A stretch of 64,000 nt of DNA, taken from the NCBI GenBank assembly GCA_039188945.1, contig JBCCYW010000003.1:8573-72572 (forward strand), in the 5' to 3' direction. Position numbers and translations under genes: made by a program. A model generated the notes under the pieces. That model saw only the letters and a program-made list of their open reading frames with translations. It was not told the DNA's origin and made no database searches. This stretch comes from Patescibacteria group bacterium. Lineage in GTDB: Bacteria; Patescibacteriota; Minisyncoccia; Phycocordibacterales; UBA918. Shown one piece after another: positions 29,419 to 37,005 of the stretch (position 1 is its first letter; each line of letters begins with the position of its first letter).

Positions 29419-30549
29419 CTAGAAGGTCGGGGTTGCAATGTAAGTGAGGGTAGCGTTGTAGTCATCACCCGCTTCCTGGAGACCAGTAATCTCGATCTGA
29501 TAGCCTACCGTGGTCGAACCAACACTGTTTGTTGTACCATCAGCCGGACCATCGTGTTCGAAGATCTGACGTGGCGTCGTGCTGGCCGCGACCCAACATC
29601 CTTCCGTAGCTGCTGCTGGACAACCTTGGAATTCCCCAGCGTTCAGGTCATCAGCTGATGTAAGACCCCAGTGACCATAGGTATCCTCTTGCAAGATAGT
29701 CTCTGCCGGGTCAGCCCAGTCACCTGGTGTATTAACGTATGTACCATCAGAGAAACCATCAATGTCAGCACCAGAAGCTGAACTCAACTGCTGATCAGTT
29801 TCAACGGTTACTACGAATCCGTTACGGGCGTTCGTTGAAACATTAAGTCGTTGAGCAAGTGTCTCAATAATATCTTGAGTTACGACACCGAATGGAATTG
29901 CGGTCGGTGTAGTTGATCCAGTAGTTGATGTACCGTTTACTGGCGTAGACGTAGCCAAGCCACTAACGGTGAAGTCGAACGAGGTAAGGACTTCTGCTGT
30001 AACAAGTACGGTATCAACAATTGCTACTCGTGTAGCACCAGTGTCTTGATCACCAGCGGTAAGGGTAATTTCGTACGAGGTGTTTGACGTAGATGGGTTA
30101 GTGATTTGGTCACCTGAACCACCTGCGTTAGCACCGATTCGAACAGTAGTAGTCGAACCAGCTGCAATTGGGTTTACCATAGTGATGGTAACGGTTGGAC
30201 TAGCTACTACTGCAGTGTAGTCTGTACCACCGCCGGTAAGAAGGACTCCGTCATCGAGGACGGCTACGTCATCAGCGCCTACGCCACCGAAAACGAATTC
30301 ACCACCCGCAACTGGGAACGTGAGGACGATAGTCTCCGCTGCCAAGACTGAGTCAACAACAGCGAACTCTAACTCATGGTCTGACCCGGCACTTGGTGCT
30401 GAGTCAGTTAGGGTGTCCTGAAACCCTACGACGTTTGCTGCTTCAGCACTATGTGTGTACACCCCTACTGAGAGAAGTAACAGTGCAGACGCAACGAGCA
30501 TCGCGACTACTCGGTGCGCAGAGCCAACGTAAGTTGGTAATGCGAACAT
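29419..30549 (-). CDS. Secreted Thr/Gly/Ala-rich surface protein (hypothetical). Its N-terminal domain is paralogous to the N-terminus of the dockerin protein
   Basis: ORF track 376 aa. Signal peptide VAMLVASALLLLSVGVYTHSAEA. VVGFQDTLTDSAPSAGSDHELEFAV resembles ILTYSDTLSDSTPGDPANHTIGFTT in 23266..25245. Confidence 0.55.
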   Translation of the reverse strand: MFALPTYVGSAHRVVAMLVASALLLLSVGVYTHSAEAANVVGFQDTLTDSAPSAGSDHELEFAVVDSVLAAETIVLTFPVAGGEFVFGGVGADDVAVLDDGVLLTGGGTDYTAVVASPTVTITMVNPIAAGSTTTVRIGANAGGSGDQITNPSTSNTSYEITLTAGDQDTGATRVAIVDTVLVTAEVLTSFDFTVSGLATSTPVNGTSTTGSTTPTAIPFGVVTQDIIETLAQRLNVSTNARNGFVVTVETDQQLSSASGADIDGFSDGTYVNTPGDWADPAETILQEDTYGHWGLTSADDLNAGEFQGCPAAATEGCWVAASTTPRQIFEHDGPADGTTNSVGSTTVGYQIEITGLQEAGDDYNATLTYIATPTF

Positions 30550-30859
30550 GTTCTTTGTATTAAATTAAATGCTAAATAACTTTTGTACTCATGCAGACAA
30601 TACATGCGTACGTCACGATGGAAATGTTTATGTGGAGAAGTGAAAGTTCGAAGCTTACGAGAAAATCTCAGCCTGCCTCGTATTCACCCATTTCTATCGC
30701 TCTGTCTATAAGTATAAAACGTTTGCGACACTTGTCTTTGTCCTACTGTTGATAACTTTCAAGTTTATTGTCTGCTATTTGAGGCTTGTTTTGCAACCTA
30801 TTGTAAATTCTATTGGTACAAGTCTTAGACACTACTATCAAGTACAGTTGTCTTTTCGC

Positions 30860-32113
30860 TCATTTGGCCGCTACGGTAGCGATGTCACTCCACCTGGTTG
30901 TATAGGCAGGTGAGACTAATTCTTTCTTAGTTTGCCACTTACTGCGCAGCTTCCGATCACCCGCTCGCAAGGTCTCCCGACCAAGCTTCGCGTTAACTGC
31001 ATCAATCACCTCCATCAACCCCTGACGTTCCTCGAGTTCTTGGTCAACAAACAATGGTTGTTGAGTCCCAGCAGTAGCGACAATCCCACTTATTATTACA
31101 CCAGCTTTTTTATAAGGGACCTTAGGTTCATATAATTGTTTCGTGAGCTTTATTGCTTCTTTTATATAGAGAATAGTATCGTCTGATGGGACATCGAGAA
31201 TAGCTTCGGCTGAACCACCGCGCAACATATAGTCTCCGTGTCGGCTCGGTCTAATCATGACTCTTATATGAGTCGCTTTCGCCCCCATTTCGCGCAAGTC
31301 TTCTAGTGCGTGCCGCACATGATATGCCACCGCGTCTTCCAACACCAAAAGGTCGTCTGTACTGGAAGCAAATGAGCGAGTACTCATAATACTTTTCTGG
31401 AGATCAAGCCGATTCTTAAGGCGCTCAACTGACGCCCCCGAAAGTTCTTGTTGTAAGCGCTTTCCAGCTATACCAAACAACTTTTGTACTCGCTCAGTAT
31501 CAGCATTGATTAAATCTTTAATGGTTACTAGACCATGTCCTTTCATTTCTCTGGCTCGACCTCCCCCAATTCCCCACACTTCGCCAAGAGGAATATCGTT
31601 AATTTCACTCATATTGGTGGGATCAAGTAAGTAAATACCGTCCCCTTTCTTAGCTTTACTATTAGCTAATTTAGCTAGGGTTTTAGTACTCGCCAAACCG
31701 ATCGAAACCGGCATCCCTACCTTTGTCTGAATAGCGTTTCTGATGCGCACGACTTTCTCTTGTGCTTCTTCAATTGAAACAGCACTTAGGGTAAAAAACG
31801 CCTCATCCACCGAATACTGCTCTACCGTATCAATTTCTTGCCGCATCACCGCAAATACCCGCCGGGACACCTCTCGATAGTGCGGAAAATTGCTTGAAAA
31901 TACCGCTGTCCTTTTGTCTTTTATAATGTCCTTTATCTTAAAAAACGGGATTCCCATCGGGATTCCCATATCTTTTATCTCCTGACTACGAGCCACCACA
32001 CATCCGTCGTTACTCGAGAGCACCATGGTCGGCACATCTCTCAAATCAGGCCGAAACAACCGTTCACACGAGACAAAAAAATTATTGCAATCAAGGAGAC
32101 CAATAAATGTCAT
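30860..32113 (-). CDS. umuC: Y-family translesion DNA polymerase, UmuC-like (Pol V catalytic subunit/DinB family)
   Basis: ORF track 417 aa. N-terminus LDCNNFFVSCERLFRPDLRDVPTMVLSSNDGCVVARSQEIKDMGIPMG closely parallels E. coli UmuC DVNAFYASCETVFRPDLWGKPVVVLSNNDGCVIARNAEAKALGVKMG. Confidence 0.85.
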   Translation of the reverse strand: MTFIGLLDCNNFFVSCERLFRPDLRDVPTMVLSSNDGCVVARSQEIKDMGIPMGIPFFKIKDIIKDKRTAVFSSNFPHYREVSRRVFAVMRQEIDTVEQYSVDEAFFTLSAVSIEEAQEKVVRIRNAIQTKVGMPVSIGLASTKTLAKLANSKAKKGDGIYLLDPTNMSEINDIPLGEVWGIGGGRAREMKGHGLVTIKDLINADTERVQKLFGIAGKRLQQELSGASVERLKNRLDLQKSIMSTRSFASSTDDLLVLEDAVAYHVRHALEDLREMGAKATHIRVMIRPSRHGDYMLRGGSAEAILDVPSDDTILYIKEAIKLTKQLYEPKVPYKKAGVIISGIVATAGTQQPLFVDQELEERQGLMEVIDAVNAKLGRETLRAGDRKLRSKWQTKKELVSPAYTTRWSDIATVAAK

Positions 32114-32275
32114 CTCTCAAATAGTACCTTAGTTTTTAATGATTTCGACTAACCAACAGAGTATAAGGTAAGTCTCTAGACAAAAATCTAAATATTTACT
32201 AGTGAGTGGCGAGAAGGTGAGAAGTTTATAAATAAAATAATAGTGTTATGGTGAATCTTGCTAACGATTTAAATA

Positions 32276-32303
32276 TTGACACAATGTTATTTTATTTTAT
32301 ACT
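32276..32303 (+). promoter_or_regulatory. Near-consensus sigma70-type promoter TTGACA-N16-TATACT
   Basis: Seen directly: ttgaca at 32276-32281 and tatact at 32298-32303, in an AT-rich 200-bp intergenic region 17 bp upstream of the 32320 ORF. Confidence 0.5.
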
Positions 32304-32319
32304 CTAGACCAGTAGTGTA

Positions 32320-32862
32320 TTGAAAAATACCGAAAATCACACGAAGGAGACTGAAGTGTCTACTGAAAGTACGAAATCAGCTCCAGAATCTGTTGATCAA
32401 GTTGGATTAGCTCTCGTCGATGGTCAAGAGCGCTCTATCCAGCTTAGAGAGATGATGGTTAAGCTGGGGGTCACGTGGACCGTTAGGCTTCATCCGGATG
32501 ACTTTCTGCAAGCACAGCAGATTCTTGACTCTGAGAAAACATTCACTCACTTCAACTTAGGAAAAACGATCCATAAAGTTGGTGAAGAGTATGCTCTTGT
32601 TAAAATCGTAAAGTCAGGCGCAAGTGATAGACCTCCACTTATTGACTATACACAAGCAGTCTCTGTGAAGTGTTCAAGGGTTCTGGATGAAGTTAGCTAT
32701 TTGGACATCTCTAGTAGTGACTACCGATTTTCGTTACCCAATATTCAGAGTAGATCTGAATTGGAACGAGCAATGTGTAACAGATACTGCTCCGTTAGAA
32801 ACTTGACTGAGACTGCAGTGCTAAATATGACAGTCACCCTCACAGAGTTCAAACTTTCCTGA
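32320..32862 (+). CDS. Hypothetical protein (orphan plus-strand gene between umuC and the GH18-like gene). Alternative GTG start at 32357 with AAGGAGA RBS
   Basis: ORF track 180 aa. Strong upstream promoter. No recognisable motif. Confidence 0.45.
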   Translation: MKNTENHTKETEVSTESTKSAPESVDQVGLALVDGQERSIQLREMMVKLGVTWTVRLHPDDFLQAQQILDSEKTFTHFNLGKTIHKVGEEYALVKIVKSGASDRPPLIDYTQAVSVKCSRVLDEVSYLDISSSDYRFSLPNIQSRSELERAMCNRYCSVRNLTETAVLNMTVTLTEFKLS

Positions 32863-32961
32863 ATTAATCTAAAACGAAGGAGTATCAGAGCCGCCAATTA
32901 ACTTCGAGAGAAAGTTGGTTGGACGGCTTTTTCCTATATAAAACTTGAATCAATTTGTAGA

Positions 32962-34206
32962 CTAAAACAAATCCCAAATATCTTGATCCTCTTCTCCGTC
33001 GATCTTAAAGAGGGCTATGCCACGTAAATCGTAGTCATCAGCGAGATCGAGCTTGTCTTCTACCGCCTTAGCATCACTCCAGGTAATCATCCGAACGGGA
33101 ATCTCGATATCAGCATAGGTTGCTACTAGCAAGGCTTTGGCGGCCGCCTCATAGCCTTTTGGGGTGCCCGCTGGGATTGGTAGCGCGTTAAAAATCTTCC
33201 AAATTGAGTCTTCTGGAAAGTAGGTGATCACGGCTTCCCCGCCCTCAGTGCGACCAATTGGTGCATCATAAATTTCCGCCAGCTCTTCGATTCGTGGTGG
33301 ATTAAGGGTTGCCACGAGCTCATAGTCTTTATACCACTCAGACGCCACGGTAACGTCCCAGGCGCGACCGTAGGTTGGAATACCGAGTACCACCTTGTCT
33401 TCATCGAAATCCTCGAGCGCAAACTCCAGCACATGCTCCACCCAGTCAACATCAGCGACTGGGTTATACGGTACTCCACGACGCTCGTTGTTAAACACAA
33501 TATCAGCCCGCTGCTGATCGTACGCCATAATTTCAATCCAATCACAGTGGCGATTCATCGCTCGATAATCATTGGCGTACTGGATGGTTTCTGGCATTTG
33601 GTCGTCTCGCCAGCGGTGCTCTGGGCGCATCCGAGCCTCTACCGTACAAGAAAGGTCGCGTCGCCCAAGCTCATCTTCAAGTTCTTCCAGGAAATCTGAG
33701 AAGTAATCAATAGTTTTGGCTAGCTTTTGTTCGTAATCAATATTTACACCATCGAAGCGATACTGACGTACCATATCGACAATTTCCTCGATATGATCTG
33801 CTCGCTTGTCTTCATCACTTAAAACTTCATGAATCGCTGGACCATCAAACCAAGCAATCGTCGGAATCACCTCGACCCGCTCATCATCAGCCTCATCAAA
33901 CAAATCGTCCCAGTGATCATCGCGAAAATTTACTTTATTGACCAAGCGACCACGATCATCTACCTCGAACACAAATGGGTAAATTACATCGAGCTCGTCA
34001 AGATTATCTAAGGCCACCTCAGCGCCAGCTTCTTCCGTCCACCAAGGAATCCAACCAGACATATCATAAGAAGCTGCAAAAATATTGCGCGGAAAGAGGA
34101 TTGATAACAAAAACAGCACCAAAACCAGCCATAGCAAACCATCGCCAGCTCGACGCCCAAATTCTCGTTTATTCATACTGTTTATGACGCCTCTATTCAC
34201 CATTTC
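32962..34206 (-). CDS. Membrane-anchored glycoside hydrolase family 18-like protein (chitinase/peptidoglycan-hydrolase-like). Variant catalytic motif DGVNIDYE
   Basis: ORF track ORF 32962..34281. FDGVNIDYEQ resembles the GH18 DGxDxDWE motif; GIALFKIDGEED is GH18-like. Start trimmed to an internal Met because the annotated N-terminus overlaps the NUDIX gene. TM helix LLWLVLVLFLLSILF. Confidence 0.5.
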   Translation of the reverse strand, partial: EMVNRGVINSMNKREFGRRAGDGLLWLVLVLFLLSILFPRNIFAASYDMSGWIPWWTEEAGAEVALDNLDELDVIYPFVFEVDDRGRLVNKVNFRDDHWDDLFDEADDERVEVIPTIAWFDGPAIHEVLSDEDKRADHIEEIVDMVRQYRFDGVNIDYEQKLAKTIDYFSDFLEELEDELGRRDLSCTVEARMRPEHRWRDDQMPETIQYANDYRAMNRHCDWIEIMAYDQQRADIVFNNERRGVPYNPVADVDWVEHVLEFALEDFDEDKVVLGIPTYGRAWDVTVASEWYKDYELVATLNPPRIEELAEIYDAPIGRTEGGEAVITYFPEDSIWKIFNALPIPAGTPKGYEAAAKALLVATYADIEIPVRMITWSDAKAVEDKLDLADDYDLRGIALFKIDGEEDQDIWDLF

Positions 34207-34612
34207 TTTCTTTGAGACAGTCTGACAATCGATGCTTGAGGAAGGGAACAACATCATCACGAGACAAGACTTCTTCCACACTCATCCACTGCCATCGCTG
34301 GCCTTCGTCACCAAACACAATACTTTCTGCAAGTTCGGCAGGAATTTCTACCCCGCAAGCAAAAGCCTGGAGATTGTGATCATGCATTGCTGGATAAGCT
34401 TTCTGCCAAAAAACCATTTCGGGTGTAATACTAATACCAAACTCTTCCTGCGTTTCTCTCTGCAGTGTCTCAAATACCGTCTCTTCTCCTTCTCTTCCAC
34501 CACCAGGAAAATCCCACATATTTGCAAAACGGAGACCGGGTTTGTCATCTCTCAAATAGACCAAAAGCTGGTTATTGTGAAATACCGCTGCTTTTACTCC
34601 GTTGAAATCCAT
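34193..34612 (-). CDS. NUDIX hydrolase
   Basis: ORF track ORF 34193..34648. Nudix box GGGREGEETVFETLQRETQEEFGI (GX5EX7REUXEEXGU). Start moved to MDFNGVKAAVF, giving an ATGA-type overlap with umuD. Confidence 0.75.
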   Translation of the reverse strand: MDFNGVKAAVFHNNQLLVYLRDDKPGLRFANMWDFPGGGREGEETVFETLQRETQEEFGISITPEMVFWQKAYPAMHDHNLQAFACGVEIPAELAESIVFGDEGQRWQWMSVEEVLSRDDVVPFLKHRLSDCLKERNGE

Positions 34613-35046
34613 TAAAAAATTCTTACCGAACCAACGACAGTGCCCCATAGATATACATCTTCACTCTCATTTACCATGATCGGAGCATAGGCTTCGTTTT
34701 CCGAAACCAGAGCTGGATCGTTACCGACTTTGGTGTAGCGTTTGACCACTAATTCACCATACACCGCCGCTACCACGATCTTACCTTCTTTGGCATCAAT
34801 AGCGCGGTCAATCACCAACACATCGCCGTCAAAAATACCTGCCCCCTCCATCGAATCACCCGACACCCGAACAAAGAAAGTGGAAGCCGGGTTTTCAACT
34901 ACCAAATCATTAATATCAAGCGCTTTTTCTACCAAATCATCACCCGGAGCTGGAAAACCAGCTGCTGGTTGACTGGCGTATAGTGGTGCCTCAACGGGGT
35001 TGCCTGGCTGCATTTTGGCCACATCGACCGCTTTCGTTTCACTCAT
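34612..35046 (-). CDS. umuD: UmuD-like S24 peptidase (translesion polymerase accessory/self-cleaving subunit). Not a full LexA: no N-terminal HTH domain
   Basis: ORF track ORF 34612..35115. QPAAGFPAPGDDLVEKALDINDLVVENPASTFFVRVSGDSMEGAGIFDGDVLVIDRA...VKRY aligns with E. coli UmuD [57 protein letters not shown]...VKK (Ser-Lys dyad). Probable start MSETKAV. Confidence 0.72.
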   Translation of the reverse strand: MSETKAVDVAKMQPGNPVEAPLYASQPAAGFPAPGDDLVEKALDINDLVVENPASTFFVRVSGDSMEGAGIFDGDVLVIDRAIDAKEGKIVVAAVYGELVVKRYTKVGNDPALVSENEAYAPIMVNESEDVYLWGTVVGSVRIF

Positions 35047-35114
35047 AGAGGCTAGTATAGCGGCAAACGAAACAGCCGGCCAGCACGTAGTGCTGGCCGG
35101 CTGTTTCTTCAGCA

Positions 35115-36233
35115 TTAGACTATCAGCGCCCCACTCGTGACAAAACTATGTAGATAGAAGAGTCCACTCATGAGGACCAATAGTCCAAAGCCATAGGCAA
35201 TCTGCACTGGCCGTTGGTGCTGCGCCTCAATCACAATAGACAACGCTAAAGCTAGTGCCACAAACAAGCCAATCAGAACGTACAGAGTTTGCAATACGAC
35301 ATTAGGTCGAGTGGCAACTGAACCAATAAATGTCCCGATATCTTCTGCAGCAATTTCGCTCACCGTCTCGGCTGGTGGCGCTGGCGCTAAGCCAGAGCTC
35401 GTTGCTACCGTTTCGGTAAACACCGAAACCGATTCATCCTCAATCTCAACTTCGGCAATAACCGGTTCTTCTGATTCAGCAACTTGAATTGGTTCTGATT
35501 CCACTTCAGTTGCCACTTCTTCTAGCACAACTGGTTCAGATTCTGGTTCCGGAAGCTCAATAATATCGATTGTTTCGGCCAACACTGCGCTTGGTTCAGG
35601 TGATTCGGTCGCTTGAGCCACCACCAGTTCACTGACTGGCTCTGGTCGAGCAATAGCTGGTGTTCCAAATAATTGAACAACGTAGACAGTATCAAAACCT
35701 TGGTAGCGTCCACGAGCGGTACCAACGCCTATTTCGGTAAATTTTTGATCAACAATATTGGCGCGGTGTGATGGAGAATCCATCCAGGCATCCACCACTT
35801 CATCTGAATCGCTAAAATGGATGGCGAGGTTTTCTCCAGCGTGCGCAAAATCATACGACACCTCACCAAACCAATGCCATGGCGATACACCATCTGGGCT
35901 GTAGTGTGAGAAATATTGACCTTCCGCCATGTGTTGTGCTTTAAGCTCAGCCGCCTCATCGAGTGTTAGACTCCGCTGCAGAGCACTCGCACCATTGTCA
36001 GCCCGCTCGTCGTTTGTTAATTCAACCACCACACTAGGCAAAATAGTCGAGACCAGCCAGTCTGAAGTCATCCAAAACTGCGAGTGGAGGTTAGCGGCGG
36101 TAAAGGTAAGCAATACCAAACCGAGCATCGCCAACATAGCGGCCCGTTGCAAAATATGCGGTGTATAATCATTCCCTTCGTGTGGAATAAAGTAATTATG
36201 GACGTGTTTTTTCACTTTTATATTATAACACAA
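35115..36233 (-). CDS. CAP/SCP (YkwD-like) domain extracellular protein with acidic linker and C-terminal TM anchor
   Basis: ORF track 372 aa. HYSPDG...NLAIHFSDSDEVVDAWMDSPSHRANIVDQKFTEIGVG is the CAP/SCP_bacterial signature. The start may be the internal Met before the first TM (MLAMLGLVLL). Confidence 0.65.
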   Translation of the reverse strand: MCYNIKVKKHVHNYFIPHEGNDYTPHILQRAAMLAMLGLVLLTFTAANLHSQFWMTSDWLVSTILPSVVVELTNDERADNGASALQRSLTLDEAAELKAQHMAEGQYFSHYSPDGVSPWHWFGEVSYDFAHAGENLAIHFSDSDEVVDAWMDSPSHRANIVDQKFTEIGVGTARGRYQGFDTVYVVQLFGTPAIARPEPVSELVVAQATESPEPSAVLAETIDIIELPEPESEPVVLEEVATEVESEPIQVAESEEPVIAEVEIEDESVSVFTETVATSSGLAPAPPAETVSEIAAEDIGTFIGSVATRPNVVLQTLYVLIGLFVALALALSIVIEAQHQRPVQIAYGFGLLVLMSGLFYLHSFVTSGALIV

Positions 36234-36360
36234 ATTGTACTAAAGATCAATTATATCCAGGTCCAGTAAGTCCAGGCTCAAGTCAGCGAACGTCCGCGAG
36301 GGTTACGTGCCTATCTCTTTCGTCAAGCATCCAAGCGTGTGAGCTGATTTGAGCTTGGAC

Positions 36361-37005
36361 TTATGTTTCTGTAATAAGCCTACCGTATACCACTAAATTA
36401 TGGCTATACCGCTGCTCCCCTTTGTCAAAGGTACCTGAGCAGGTAATTAATCGTAGCCCAGCGTGATCAATGTCTCCGTACACGAGCTGCGTTGGGAAAC
36501 CAGCCTGTTCATAACGGGCTAGCTCAGTAATTTCAAAAGTGGCCACACTCCCATCTTCTCGCTCAATATCTACCGTATCCCCTGGCTCAAGCTCTCCTAG
36601 CGACCAAAATATAGCTGGTCCATCCACTGAATCAACATGACCAAGAATGATCGAGGGACCAAGTTCACCGGGCGTAGGGCTATACTGATACCAACCAACT
36701 TCTTCATAACCGTCTGGAACTTCCACTTCCCCGTTGGTTTCAAGCCCAAGCGGAGCAGTGAACGGTGCTTCGAGGTTTAACTTCGGGATCGAGAGAATAA
36801 CTGGTGCTGACTCTGGAAGCAATTCGCCTTGTATAACCAGTGGCTTTGTTTCTTCGATACCATTTTCAAGGACTTTTTTCTCATACTGATGTAGGAAGTC
36901 ACCAATAAACAGTGCTCCCAGCAATCCACCCAGCACAAAAGCCACTACAAGTGTGTAGCGGCTTTTGTAGTTTAGGATAAATGCTTTCAGCTTACTCAGT
37001 CGCAT
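36361..37005 (-). CDS. Sortase (class E/F-like transpeptidase)
   Basis: ORF track ORF 36361..37053. Catalytic His in PSIILGHVD and Cys in LRLITCSG (TLXTC motif). N-terminal TM anchor. Start trimmed to MRLSKLK to limit overlap with the upstream giant gene. Confidence 0.8.
   Translation of the reverse strand: MRLSKLKAFILNYKSRYTLVVAFVLGGLLGALFIGDFLHQYEKKVLENGIEETKPLVIQGELLPESAPVILSIPKLNLEAPFTAPLGLETNGEVEVPDGYEEVGWYQYSPTPGELGPSIILGHVDSVDGPAIFWSLGELEPGDTVDIEREDGSVATFEITELARYEQAGFPTQLVYGDIDHAGLRLITCSGTFDKGEQRYSHNLVVYGRLITET

Noticed and set aside
34612-35115. ORF-track protein looks like LexA (S24 peptidase, GDSM...K)
   Set aside because: It has no N-terminal HTH DNA-binding domain. The sequence aligns with UmuD (GFP-P arm, SGDSM, VKKY/VKRY), and a UmuC gene lies nearby, so it is called umuD rather than lexA.
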